From: Mobula hypostoma
Lineage: Eukaryota
Length of the DNA: 64,000 bases
Assembly: GCF_963921235.1 (NCBI RefSeq)
Contig: NC_086097.1
Location: 255,256,001 to 255,320,000, forward strand
Direction of reading: 5' to 3'
Shown in pieces: positions 37,401 to 50,334 of this stretch (its first letter is position 1; each line of letters opens with the position of its first letter). The position numbers were made by a program, and so were the translations under genes. Under the pieces are notes generated by a model that saw only the letters and a list, made by a program, of their open reading frames with translations, had not been told where the DNA came from and searched no databases.

Positions 37401-39620
37401 CGAGTTCAGGTACAACCCATCCAATCTGTACAGGTCCTACCTTCCCCAGAAGAGATCCCAATGATCCAAAAATCTAAAACCCTGCTCCCTGCACCAACTC
37501 CTCAGCCACGCATTCAACTGCCATCTCCTCCAATTCTTACAATCACTGTCACGTAGCACTGGCAGCAATCCTGAGAACGCCACCCTTGAGGTCCTGTTCT
37601 TCAGCCTTCTGCCTAGTTCCCGAAACTCACACTTCAGGACCTCATCCCTCTTCCTGCCTATGTCGTTGGTACCGACATGTATCACGACCTCCGGTTGCTT
37701 TCCCTCTCATACCAGGATGTGTTGCACCCGGTCAGAGACATCCCAGACCCTGGCACCCGGGAGGCAACAAACCATGCGGGTGTCCTTCTCACGTCCACAA
37801 AGACTCCTGTCTGCTCCCCTGACTATAGAGTCTCCAATGACGACAGGCAGGCGCCCTGGCAGAAATATTTAAAATGTCGCTGTCTACAGGTGAGGTGCCG
37901 GAGGATTGGAGAATGGTTCATGTTGTTCCGTTGTTTAAAAAAGGATTGAAAAGTAATCCGGGAAATTATAGGACGGTAAGTTTAACGTCAGTAGTAGATA
38001 AGTTATTGGAGGGAGTACTAAGAGACAGAATCTACAAGCATTTGGATAGACAGGGACTTATTAGGGAGAGTCAACATGGCTTTGTGCGTGGCAGGTCATG
38101 TTTGACCAATCTATTGGAGTTTTTCGAGGAGGTTACCAGGAAAGTGGATGAAGGGAAGGCAGTCGATATTGTCTACATGGACTTCAGTAAGGCTTTTGAC
38201 AAGGTCCCGCATGGGAGGTTAGTTAGGAAAATTCAGTTGCTAGGTATACATGGAGAGGTGGTAAATTGGATTGGACATTGGCTCAATGGAAGAAGCCAAA
38301 GAGTGGTAGTAGAGAATTGCTTCTCTGAGTGGAGGCCTGTGACTAGTGGTGTGCCACAGGGATCATTGCTGGGTCCATTGTTATTTGTCATCTATATCAA
38401 TGATCTGGATGATAATGTGGTAAATTGGATCAGCAAATTTGCTGATGATACAAAGATTGGAGGTGTAGTAGACAGCGAGGAAGATTTTCAGAGCCTGCAG
38501 AGGGTCTTGGACCAGCTGGAAAAATGGGCTGAAAAATGGCAGATGGAGTTTAATACAGACAAGTGTGAGGTATTCCATGTTGAAAGGACAAACCAAGGTA
38601 GAACATACAGGGTTAATGGTAAGGCACTGAGGAGTGTAGTGGAACAGAGGGATCTGGGAATACAGATACAAAATTCCCTAAAAGTGGCGTCACAGGTAGA
38701 TAGGGTCGTAAAGAGAGCTTTTGGTACATTGGCCTTTATTAATCGAAGTATTGAGTATAAGAGCTGGAATGTTATGATGAGGTTGTATAAGACATTGGTG
38801 AGGCCAAATCTGGAGTATTGTGTTCAGTTTTGGTCACCAAATTACAGGAAGGATATAAATAAGGTTGAAAGGGTACAGAGAAGGTTTACAAGGTTGTTGC
38901 CGGGACTTGAGAAACTCAGTTACAGAGAAAGGTTGAATAGATTAGGACTTTATTCCCTGGAGCGTAGAAGAATGAGGGGAGATTTGATAGAGGTATATAA
39001 AATTATGACAGGTATAGATAGAGTGAATGCAAGCAGGCTTTTTCCACTGAGGCAAGGGGAGAAAAAAACCAGAGGACATAGATTAAGGGAGAGGGGGGAA
39101 AAGTTTAAAGGGAACATTAGTGCGGGCTTCTTCACACAGAGAGTGGTGGGAGTATGGAATGAGCTGCCAGACGAGGTGGTAAATGCAGGTTCTTTTTTAA
39201 CATTTAAGAATAAATTGGACAGATAATTGGATGGGACGTGTATGGAGGGATATGGTCCGTGTGCAGGTCAGTGGGACTAGGCAGAAAATGGTTCATCACA
39301 GCCAAGAAGGGCCAAAAGGCCTGTTTCTGTGCTGTAGTTTCTATGGTTCTATGGTTCTATGGTTCTCTCCTCTTCACCGTCCCACCCTTCTGCACCACCG
39401 GGTCAGACACAGTTCCGGAGGCCCTGCCACCATGGCTCACACCTGGTCGGTCGTCCCCACCAACAGTATCCAGGACAGTAAACTTATTATTCAGGGGAGT
39501 GGCTACAGGGGTGCTCTGCACTACCTGTCTGCTCACCTTTGCTTTCCCCCCTCTGACTGTCACCCAACGACCTGCTTCCGGCAGCCTAGGTGTGAATACC
39601 GCCCATAATTACTTGCATGA
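34423..39620 (-). mobile_element. Near full-length degraded CR1 (subfamily C: esterase ORF1 + APE-RT ORF2), split by an antisense CR1
   Basis: ORF1 pieces at 39563-39365 and 37846-37350 (VVIGDS, HVGTND); ORF2 pieces at 37297-36719, 36382-35306 and 35315-34818; tail at 34423-34440. Confidence 0.92.
37847..39364 (+). mobile_element. 5'-truncated CR1 (subfamily A) with an intact 450-aa RT/C-terminal frame
   Basis: ORF 37874-39226; (ATGGTTCT)n tail at 39340-39366; the host CR1 ORF1 is continuous across the insertion. Confidence 0.95.
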
Positions 39621-41442
39621 TTAGGGTACTGGCTGATTGGTAGGAGGCAGCGAGGGGGAATAATAGGACCCTTTTCTGGTTGGCTGCCAGTGACTAGTGG
39701 TGTTCCGCATGGGCCAGTGCTGGCACCACTTCTTTTTATTGCTGCCTATCAATGATTTAGATGATGGAATAGATGGCTTTGTTGCCAAGTCTTCAGATGA
39801 TATGAAGATTGGTGGAGGAGAAGGTAGTGTTGAGGAAACAGGAAAGTTGAAGAAGTATTTAGACAGATTAGGGGAACAGGCAGAAAGTGGCAAATGTAAT
39901 ACATTGTTGAAATATACAAAATCATGCACTTTGGTAGAAGAAATTAATGTGCAGACTATTCTCACAACAGGGAGAAAATCCAAAACTCTGAGATGCAAAG
40001 CATTTGGAAGTTCTTGTGCAAAACAACCTAAAGGTTAACCTGCAGGTTGAGTCCGTGGTGAGAAAGGCAAATGCAATGTTAGCATTCATTTCAAGTGGTC
40101 CAGAGTACGTATAGAGTGGGGACGTGATGTTGACACTTTATAAGGTACTGGTGACGCCTCACCTTGTGTTTTGTGAACAGTTTTGGGCTCCTTATCTTAG
40201 AAAAGATGTGCTTATATTGTAGAGAGTTCAGAGGAGTTTCACAAGGATGATTCTGGGAATGAAAGGGTTATCATATGAGGAACATTTGATAGCTCTGGGT
40301 CTGTACTCACTGGAGTTTAGAAGGGGGAAACCTCACTGAAGCATTTTGAATGTTGAAAGGCCTGGTCAGAGTAGATGTGGAAAGGATGTTTCCCCATGGT
40401 GGGGGAGTCTAGGACAAGAGGGCACAGTCTCAGGATAGAGGGGCACCCATTTAAAACAGAGATGTGGAGACATTTCTTTCGCATGAGGGTGATGAATTTG
40501 TAACCACAGACAGCTATGGAGGCCAGGCCGTTGGGTGTATTTCAGGTGGAGATTGATAGGTTCTTCTTTGGACATGGCATCAAAGGTTACGGGAGAAGGC
40601 TGGGATATGGGGCTGAGGAGGGGAGAAAAGGATCAGCCATGATTGAATGGCAGAGCAGACTCGATGGGCCAAATGGCCTCATTCTGCTCCCATGTCTTAT
40701 GGTCTTATGGCCTATGGTTAACTGGTTTCAGCAAATTTGTGGATGACACCAAGATAAAGGGTGTAGTGGACAGCGAGGAAGGCTATCATGGCCTGCAGAG
40801 AGATCTACATTAGCTGGAAGAATAGGCTGAAAAATAGCAGATGGAACAGTGAATAGTCGGGCACTAAAGAGTGTGGTAGAACAAAGGGATCTGGGAATAC
40901 AGATTTGTAATTCACTGAAAGTGGTGTCACATGTAGATAGTGTGGTAAAGTAAACTTTTGTCACATTGGCCTTCATAAATCAATGTACTGAGTGCAGGAG
41001 ACGGGATGTTATGTTGGAGTTGTATAAGACGCTGGTGAGACCCGATTTGGAATACAGTATTGTGTGCACCTGCTTACAGGAAAGACGTATACAAGGTTGA
41101 AAGAGTGCAGAGCCTGGAGGACCTGAGTTAAAAGAAAAGGTTGAATAGGTTAGGACTGTATTCTTTAGAAACCAGAAGATTGAGAGGAGATTTGATTAAG
41201 AATTATGAGGGGTATCAATCAGGTAAATGCAAGCAGGCTTTTCCCAGTGAGGTTGGGTGGGACTACAAGCAGAGATCATGGATTAAGTGGAACATGAGGG
41301 GAAAGCTCTTCACTCAGAGGATTGTGAGAATGGATAGGTACATGGATAGTCAGGATATGGAGGCCGTAGGCAGTTTAAATGGTTTCGGCATGTGGAAGGG
41401 CCGAAGGCCTGTATCTGTGCCGTACTTTTCTATGACTCTCTG
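39620..41442 (+). mobile_element. Two degraded CR1 3' fragments in tandem
   Basis: Broken RT/C-terminal frames; TCTTATGG tail at about 40695-40715, second tail at about 41425-41440. Confidence 0.8.
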
Positions 41443-41835
41443 AGTAATGAATACACTGCCACCAGCCAGGCTTGTCACTAGGCCTGTCAGCTGTTTACTG
41501 TTTACCTGCGCTGTACACCACATGCATTTTGGATTAAATTTTATTAACAGTTATGATAATATTTTGTTTTATGCACTGTGTGATATATGTTTTGTGGGTG
41601 TACTGTGTTCCGGAGCAGTGTTGTTTCATTTAGTTGTGATTATGTACAGTCAGATGATAATAAATTGGAACCTGAATTTGTTGGAGAATTTACCAGGGAA
41701 GATGTAGTTAATTTTCTTTGTGACAATGAGATTTGACCTTAGAACTGAAACTTCTCAGGCAGGGGTCAGTCACAAGAAGTCGTGCTACATTTAAATCACT
41801 GGCAGATTGACTCCTGGCTAAGGTTTAACTTTAAG

Positions 41836-42217
41836 CACAAGAGATTCTCGTGATCCAACACACACCCTAATGTTGGAGGAACTCAGCAGTTCAAGCAGTA
41901 TCTATGGAAATGAACAAGCAGTCAGTGTTTCTGCTGAGACCCTTCTTCAAGACTGGAAAGGAAGGAGGAAGAAGCCAGTATGAAAAGATTGGGGAGGAGA
42001 AAGAGGACACACAAGAAGGTGTGATAGGTGAAGCCAGATGGGAGTTGTGGATGAAGTGAGAAACTGGGTGGTGATATGTGGAAAAGTTAAAGGGCTGGAG
42101 AAGAAAGCATCTAATAGGAGAGGAGGGTGGACCACAAGAGAAAGAGAAGGAGGGGCATCGGGGAGAGGTGATAGGCACGTGAGGAGAAGAGGTAAGAGGC
42201 TACAGTGGGGAATAGAA
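41836..42217 (-). mobile_element. Longer Penelope-like terminal fragment (pyrimidine-rich region, hammerhead-like motif, conserved end)
   Basis: Minus strand CAGTC-TTGAAGA-AGGGTCTCAGCA-GAAAC-ACT-GACTG at 41955-41919, then GATACTGCTTGAACTGCTGAGTTCCTCCAACA shared with the other copies. Confidence 0.65.
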
Positions 42218-42359
42218 GTCAAGTTTATTGTCATTTAACTATATCCATGCATATAACATATATAACCATATAATGTATACAGAAACAAGTCAATGTTTCT
42301 CCGAAACGAAGAAGAGGGAAGAAGGACGGAAAAATTACTGGAAAGAGGAAGGTCTAATT

Positions 42360-43230
42360 TTAAAGATTCAAAGTACATTTATTAATAAAGTATGTACGCA
42401 GTATACAACCCTGAGATTTGTCTTCCCCACAGACACCCACGAAATGAAGAAAAACCATGGAACCCCAAAGAAATACACCAACCCTACCTCCACACACGCT
42501 TAAAAAAGAACAAAGCACACTAATGGCAATGATAAAAAACAACGAGCAAAAACACAGAATATAAAACAAAAAATCAAAACAATCTGGTTTAGATCAGTGT
42601 TCATTATTTGCGGGCCACCCCAATACAAAATTGGCCAAAATAGCAACAAAAAAAGAGACCAGAAACTAGAAATACATCAAATCGGAACTACGGAGTCCAA
42701 TCCGCAAACTGCATTGCTCCAGCACCATCCTCCGACAGCACTGAGGGAGAGAGAGATCATTCCCACCCAGGGACCTTCCCTCGGGAGCAGCGTGCGAGAG
42801 GGAGAGAGACCACCACACTGATGCACCTTTCTCCAGCAGCAACAAGTGAGAGGTTGGTAGACAGCACTGAACACCAGCTTGCCTCAATAATTTCAATCTT
42901 CCTCAGTGCTTTAATTGTGAGATTGGCGAGAAATGTAGTTGATTGTGGGTTTTGACCCGTCTCCAGGCTTCTTGGCCTCGAGGCTGCACAGTTCACTCAA
43001 AACCTCACCAAACAGCCTCAGAGACAGCAGAGGGCCTGATTGCTCAATTGGCCTGAAAACACACCACCAAAATGTAGCTCACAGGCGCTGAACAGTAAAT
43101 CACGGGCTCCAACAGTTTCAGAACCACATTTGAAAGAAAAAGAGGACGTAAAAGAAGTGAAAGAAGTAGTTTTGTGAACTATCTGGAGGATGTCGATCTT
43201 GGTTGTTCGCTAGTGCCGTCTTCTTCTGGA
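42360..43230 (-). mobile_element. Non-coding element ending in a Rex/Babar-type 3' tail (putative non-autonomous LINE derivative)
   Basis: Starts AGAAGAAGACGGC; ends ctcagggttgtatac...aataaatgtactttgaatc, shared with the Rex-type tail at 15840-15905. Confidence 0.45.
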
Positions 43231-44050
43231 ATTATGAGAGGAAAAAAGAGAAAGGGAGGAGTATCCAAGGGTACTTTGCAACTATTGTAATCTCCCAACT
43301 TCAAGCTAAGCTGCTTAATTACAGAATGAGGACTTCTGTTCATTTGCCATTTACTTAAAAAAAATCCCTTGTCACATCTTCTACAGTTGACGATGCTTCC
43401 ATTACCAATCATAGTAACTCAGCAGTCAAATGAAGAACGCAATCCTGCATTTTCTCTCTTCAGTAGATGTTCACCATGAGAAAGGTACAGTAATACTCCC
43501 CACAAATTGATCAGGGCTGCAGTAACTAACATATGGGCTGGAAGTGGGAGCGTGCAAAGTGGGAAGTGGGAGGCCTCAGGAAGTATGTGAATGCCAGCAG
43601 GGTGTGTCTGGAACTGCGTTAATGTTACAGGGAGTCATCACGAAGTGCATTAATCTATAGGGTCTGAATCAGGTTTATTATCACGTTGTGAAAATGTCTC
43701 TCTTTATCTTGACAGGAGAATGTGTTAATATTAATTGGGTGCCATGTTATCATTAACAGAATATCTATTGAAATAAGTTAATGCTAACAGAGAGGTTAAT
43801 TTAACAATGTTCTCTGGAAGCATTTTAATATTCTCAGAGTTTGTAAATTTTCATCAGACACTATCCATAAGTAAGGTTAAAACTTATTCTGCTGACTTGA
43901 AAGTTGTCAGAATCAGGTTTATTATCCCCGGCATGTGTAGTGAGATTTGTTAACTTAGCAGCAGCAGTTCAATGCAATACAAAGCAATGCAAAGTTGTGG
44001 TCCCAGATGTGATATTTTCCAAGTCTCTCATCATTGAGGGAATGTGTTGA

Positions 44051-44832
44051 CTATAGAAAATAGAATATAGAATAGTACAGAACATTACAGGCCCTTCGGC
44101 CCACAATGTTGTGCCGCCCCTCAAACCCTGCCTCCCATATAAGCCCCAACCTTAAATTCCTCCATATACCTGTCTAGTAGTCTCTTAAATTTCACTAGTG
44201 TATCTGCCTCCACCACTGACTCAGGCAGTGCATTCCATGCACCAACCACTCTCTGAGTAAAAAACCTTCCTCTAATATCCCCCTTGAACTTCCTACCCCT
44301 TACCTTAAAGCCATGTCCTCTTGTATTGAGCAGTGGTGCGCTGGGGAAGAGGCGCTGGCTATCCACTCTATCTATTCCTCTTAATATCTTGTACACCTCT
44401 ATCATGTCTCCTCTCATCCTCCTTCTCTCCAAAGAGTAAAGCCCTAGCTCCCTTAATCTCTGATCATAATGCATGCTCTCTAAACAAGGCAGCATCCTGG
44501 CAAGTCTACTCTGTACCCTTTCCAATGCTTCCACATCCTTCCTATAGTGAGGCAACCAGAACTGGACACAGTACTCCAAGTGTGGCCTAACCAGAGTTTT
44601 ATAGAGCTGCATCATTACATCGCGACTCTTAAACTCTATCCCTCGACTTATGAAAGCTAACACCCCATAAGCTTTCTTAACTACCCTATCTACCTGTGAG
44701 GCCTACTTTCAGGGATCCGTGGACATGTACCCCCAGATCCCTCTGCTCCTCCACACTACCAAGTATCCTGCCATTTACTTTGTACTCTGCCTTGGAGTTT
44801 GTCCTTCCAAAGTGTATCACCTCACACTTCTC
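44051..44832 (-). mobile_element. CR1 3' fragment (subfamily C)
   Basis: ORF 44663-44121 ending GAYMGGRV; TATTCTA-type tail at 44051-44075. Confidence 0.93.
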
Positions 44833-44979
44833 CTATTGACTATTGTGGAACTCACTGACTGCAATAAAACAAACTTTGCCTCTGTCATTATCTCCCATCC
44901 TATGTGTGATTGGATGCTGCCCATGAGCTAATAGATTAATGGGATTGTTGATTGTAAAAACAACATACAATATATATAA

Positions 44980-45560
44980 TGTGCTATAAGGTTTCACTGC
45001 TGATGTAATGGACTCTCTGTAATGTTTCAATGCTAATGCAATGGTTTCTCTGTAGCAGCAGTGTTTGGGTTATGACTAGAGATAACAGGACTCTGGAATG
45101 TGTGCTGTCCAATGAGAGGCACGTTGTTTCTTTCTTGTGGGTCTGAGAGAAGCAATTTGCAGTCTTTTGCCAGCAGACATGAAGAGAGAGGACACGCGTG
45201 GAGAGAGTTGGTAGACAGCTGGGTGGAGTGGACTTGGAGCGAGGGTCTGAGGGTCGGCGATGCGTGGAGGGGTCGATGGGGAACAAATGGATGGAACCGT
45301 GAGCTCCAACGTGCGTATTAGACTGTTTCATGAGAAGGGACCCTTTTCCCTTTTTTGTTTCCTTGCTAACCCTATAGTCAAATTCAGAATTATAAGGCTC
45401 AGTTGTTTAATTGCATATTGTGCACTGTTTGTTATTTTGTAGTACTGATTTGTAACAGGGGGCACCACGCAGCATCCACCCAAACAAGATTTCTCAAGTT
45501 TGGCTGGGCCGGAGGCTGTCTTCCCCTAGATTAAGCCACCAGCCGAACCTGAGGGTTACA
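44980..45560 (+). mobile_element. Probable solo LTR
   Basis: Ends CCTGAGGGTTACA; motifs ttcccctagat, gtttgg and gtttcactg are shared with 55706-56330 (-) and 25394-25520; left boundary uncertain. Confidence 0.55.
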
Positions 45561-45714
45561 TATAAATTTACAGAGGTTTTTTGAGGTATTACATTCAGTA
45601 ACAGGACCCCTCAGCAATTGTTTCTCACATGGCCCTGTCACAGAGAAGTAACTACATCACATACGCTGCTTAATCAAACCTGAATTTAATTAAGCAGTGT
45701 ATATACATCGCAAA

Positions 45715-48700
45715 GAGGAAGAAGTATTCTAAAGGAAAGGTGACACAACTGTGGCTAACAAGAGAAGTTAAAGCCAACATAAAAGCCAAAGGGAGGGTAT
45801 ATAATAGAGCAAAAATTAATGGGAGGTTAGAGGATTCGAAAGTTTTTAAAAACCAACAGAAGGCAAATAAAAAAAAGTCATTAAGAAGGTAAAAATGGAA
45901 TATGAAGGTTTGCTAGCCAATAAGATTAAGGAGAACAACAAAAGTATAGAGAGGTGAGAATGGATATCAGACTGCTAGGAAAAAAGTACTCAGGAAGCTG
46001 AATAGGCCAAAGGTAGATAAATCTCCTGGACCAGATGGAATGCACCCTCGTGTTCTGAAGGAAGCAGCTGTGGAGATTGCGGAGGCATTAGCGATGATCT
46101 TTCAAAAGTCGATAGATTCTGGCATGGTTCCGGAAGACTGGAAGATTGCAAATGTCACTCCGCTATTTAAGAAGGGGGCAAGGAAGCAAAAAGGAAATTA
46201 TAGATCTGTTAGCTTGACATCGGTGGTTGGGAAGTTGTTGGAGTCGATTGGCAAGGATGCGGTTACAGAGTACCTGGAGGCATATGACAAGATAGGCAGA
46301 ACTCAGCATGGTTTCCTTAAAGGAAAATCCTGCCTGACAAACCTATTACAATTTTTTGAGGAAATTACAAGTAGGCTAGACAAGGGAGATGCCGTGGATG
46401 TTGTATATTTGGATTTTCAGAAGGCCTTTGACAAGGTGCCACACATGAGGCTACTTAACAAGATAAGTGCCCATGGAATTATGGGAAAGTTACATACGTG
46501 GATAGAGCGTTGGTTGATTGACAGGAAACAGAGAGTGGGAACGAAGGGATCCTATTCTGGTTGGCTGCTGGTTACCAGTGGTGTTCCACAGGGGTCCGTG
46601 TTGGGGCCGCTTCTTTTTACATTGTATATCAACGATTTAGATTATGGAATAGATGGCTTTGCGGCTGTTTGCTGATGATACAAAGATAGGTGGAGGGGCC
46701 GGTAGTGCTGAGGAAACGGAGAGTCTGCAGAGAGACTTGGATAGATTAGAAGAATGGGCAAAGAAGTGGCAAATGAAATACAATGTTGGAAAGTGTATGG
46801 TTATGCACTTTGGCAGAAGAAATAAACTAGTAGACTATTATTTAAATAGTGAGAGAATTCAAAGTTCTGAGATGCAACGGGACTTGGGAGTCCTCGTACG
46901 GGATACCCTTAAGGTTAACCTCCAGGTTGAGTCAGTGGTGAAGAAGGCGAATGCAATGTGGGCATTCATTTCTGGAGGAATAGAGTATAGGAGCAGGGAT
47001 GTGATGTTGAGGCTCCATAAGGCACTGGTGAGCCCTCACTTGGAGTACTGTGGGCAGTTTTGGTCTCCTTATTTAAGAAAGGATGTGCTGACGTTGGAGA
47101 GGGTACAGAGAAGATGCACTAGAATGATTCTGGGAATGAGAGGGTTAACATATAAGGAACGTTTGTCCGTTCTTGGACTGTATTCCTTGGAGTTTAGAAG
47201 AATGAGGGGAGACCTCATAGAAACATTTCGAACGTTGAAAGGCATGGACAGAGTCGATGTGGCAAAGTTGTTTCCCATGATGGGGGGGTCGAGTACAAGA
47301 GGGCATGACTTAAGGATTGAAGGGTGCCCATTCAGAACAGATGCGAAGAAATTTTTTTAGTCAGAGGGTGGTGAATCTATGGAATTTGTTGCCACTGGTG
47401 GCAGTGGATGCCAAGTCATTGGGTGTATTTAAGGCAGAGATTGATAGGTATCTGAGTAGCCAGGGCATCAAAGGTTAGGGTAAGAAGGCAGGGGAGTGGG
47501 ACTAAATGGGAGAATGGATCAGCTCATGATAAAATGGTGGAGCAGACTCAATGGGCCGAATGGCCGACTTCAACTTCTTTGTCTTGTGGTCTTAAAACGA
47601 TGCTTGAGAGGTACTAATGGGGGACAATGAAATGGTTGGTGAACTGAAAGGTCTGAAGGTAGATAAGTCATCTGGACAAGATAGTGTATACCCAAGAGTT
47701 TTGAAAAAGGTGGCTGAAGAGATTGTAGAGGCATTAGTAAAGATCTTTCAAGAATCATTAGATTCTGGATTGGTTCTGGAAAATTGGAAAATTGCAAATG
47801 TCACTCTTCAAGAACGAAGAGGCAGAAGAAAGGAAACTATAGGCCAGTTATTCTGACCTCAGTGGTTGAGAAGATGCTGGAGTCAATTTTTAAAGATGAG
47901 GTTTCAGGGTATTTGGAGGCACATGATAAAATAGGCTGTAGTCAGCATGGTTTCCTCAAGGGAAAATCTTGCCTGACAAATCTGTTGGAATTCTTTGAGG
48001 AAATAACAAGCAGGATAGATGAAGGAGAATCAGTTGATGTTGTGTACTTGGATTTTTAGGCCTTTGACAAGGTGCTATGCATGAGGCTGTTTAACAAGCT
48101 ATGAACCAGGGTATTATAAGAAAAATTCTAGCATGGATAAAGCAGTGGCTGGTTGGCCAGAGACAAAGAGTGAGATAAAGAGAGGATTTTCTGCCAGTGA
48201 GTAGTGGTGTTCCACAGGAGTCTGTGTTGGAACCAATTCCTTTTACATCATACGTCAATGATATGGATGATGGAATTAATGACCTTGCTGCAAAGTTTGC
48301 AGGTGAAATGAAGATATGTGGGGGAGCAGGTAGTTTTGAGAAAGTAGAGAGGCTACAGAAAGACTTAGACAGAGTAGGAGAAAAGGCAAAGAAATGGCAA
48401 ATGGAATTCGGGCTCTGGGCTTGTATTCACTGGAATTCAGAAGAATGAGGGGTGACTTCACTGAAACATATCAAATGGTGAAAGGCCTCGACAGAGTGGA
48501 GAAGTTGTTTCCTGCGGCGGAGAGTCTGAGACCAGAGGGGACAGCCTCAGAATAGAGGGATGTCCTTATCGAATGGAAATAAAAGAGGAATTTCTTCGGC
48601 CAGAGGGTGGTGAATCTGTGGAATTCTTTGCCATAGGCAGCTGTGGAGGCCAAGTCTTTATGTATATTTAAGGCAGAGGTTGATAGATTCTTGATTGGTC

Positions 48701-48835
48701 AGGGCATGAAGGGATATGGGGAGTAGGAAGAAGATTGGGGCTGAAAGGAAAATTGGATCAGCCATGAGAAAATAGCGGAGCAGACTTGATGGCCAAAGAG
48801 CCTAATTATGCCCCTATATCTTATGGTCTTATGAA
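45715..48835 (+). mobile_element. Tandem/nested CR1 ORF2 fragments (best preserved about 45980-47595)
   Basis: ORFs 46040-46675 and 46653-47360, then 47617-48460; tails near 47582-47595 and 48818-48833. Confidence 0.88.
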
Positions 48836-48928
48836 TTTCACTGCATACCATAACCAGACTACAATGTCAATGCTTAAGCTCAGTCTGGGAGGGGTAAAAG
48901 GAAAGAGAAAAGTAAAGGGAAAAGAAAT

Positions 48929-49252
48929 TGTCAGGCCTGCCTCACACCCTGCACATGCCGGAACCCCCCAGTCGCCACACGGATAATAGAATTCACCTGC
49001 TGCTCATTCCAGACTCATCTCCTGGTGCCTATTTAAACCCAGTTTTCATCCGTGTTCACTCACTGAATCAGCTGGCTTCAGTTCTCTCCTGGTCTAAAGT
49101 TTACCTTCCTATTGTGCTTAGTTTCTGTTTTCTCTTGTCTTGAGGCCCCTTGTGGCTTGTTATTTTGCGGTCTATTATTAACGTTATCAGTCACTCCTGA
49201 ATTGTCTCCAATGTCCTGCTTTTGCGTCAAGCCTTCTCTACACTTTCCAACA
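48929..49252 (+). mobile_element. Probable Gypsy-type solo LTR, 324 bp
   Basis: TGTCAGG...CCAACA; CACCTG followed by TATTTAAA; imperfect TSD GAAAT / GAAAA. Confidence 0.6.
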
Positions 49253-49476
49253 GAAAATGGTGAAATCACTTTACAAAGGTGCAGAATGGGAGAAGATGGG
49301 TAGGAAGTAGAGGGGTGGAGATGAAGTGAGAAATGGAAAGAGAATTAGAGAGGAACAGAATATAATCAGTCGATCAACTATAATACCGCCTTTGCTTAAA
49401 TATCAGCAATTAGTACCACTATTTTCATGGTACTTGCCTTGAGTTTGCTCTGGAGGGATGGTGTGGCATTACTCAC

Positions 49477-49665
49477 CTCCGATTCCGAAGCTTTTTATTT
49501 TCTGTTTTTAAAGAGTAAACCTTCTTTGCAAAGAAAACGGTGAGCATGAAGAGGAGCAGGATGACTGCTGCTGAAGAACCAATCGCTATGCACATCACCT
49601 GGAACTCTGTGATGATAAATTCACACCGAATCCCTTTGTGCCAGATATAATCCTGAGCATTGCAT
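49477..49665 (-). CDS. CSPG5: Internal coding exon of chondroitin sulfate proteoglycan 5 (neuroglycan C): end of EGF-like domain, transmembrane helix, start of cytoplasmic tail
   Basis: Minus-strand acceptor ttgttcttcctgcag| (AG at 49667-49666) and donor |gtgagt (49476-49471); 189 nt, phase 2-2. Translation (R)CNAQDYIWHKGIRCEFIITEFQVMCIAIGSSAAVILLLFMLTVFFAKKVYSLKTENKKLRNR closely matches the CSPG5 segment as I recall it (CRCNTQDYIWHKGMRCESIITDFQVMCVAVGSAALVLLLLFMMTVFFAKKLYLLKTEN). Confidence 0.93.
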
Positions 49666-50334
49666 CTGCAGGAAGAACAAGTCACTGTTTAAGTATTAGA
49701 TTGGCTTCTGGTCCTTTGCCTTTTACAGATCTGATGCAACGTGCCTTACTGTCTCCTTTGCATGTTATAAATTTCCAGTTTTCTATGCCACATACATGCG
49801 GTAAAAGAAGCTAATACACAATGGAATCAGATCACAATGGGAGTACTGAATAATGATAAGAGTGCTCTCGTTAACATGTACACTTCAGGCAGGGGCATTA
49901 TGACTGAGGCTGTGTTCTTTGTATCCAGCTAAAAGAGACTCTCACTAACCTTAAGAACTCATGAGCTGGCATTGGAGAAGGCTCAGAGGAGGTTCATGAG
50001 AGATGATCCCAGGAATTAAAGGGTTAACATTTGAGGAGCATTTGATGGCTCTGGGCTTGTACTTGCCAGAGTTTCAAAGAATAAGGGGCGGAATCTTGTT
50101 CCAAAGTATTGAATATTGAAAGGCCTAGATAGAGTGGACAAGGAAAGAATAATTGTCTGTGAGATTGTTGGTCAGGGAGCAAAGGAAAACTGTACTCTTT
50201 ACTAGTGTATAGTCTGAATATTGGGCTCCAACCTGCTAGAGTGTAGCCAATGAACAGAGAAATGGGGAACTGTTGGGAACTCTGTTGACACCCCTCCAGA
50301 TGACCCTTGTACATTTGCTAAAGCATCCAGCACT

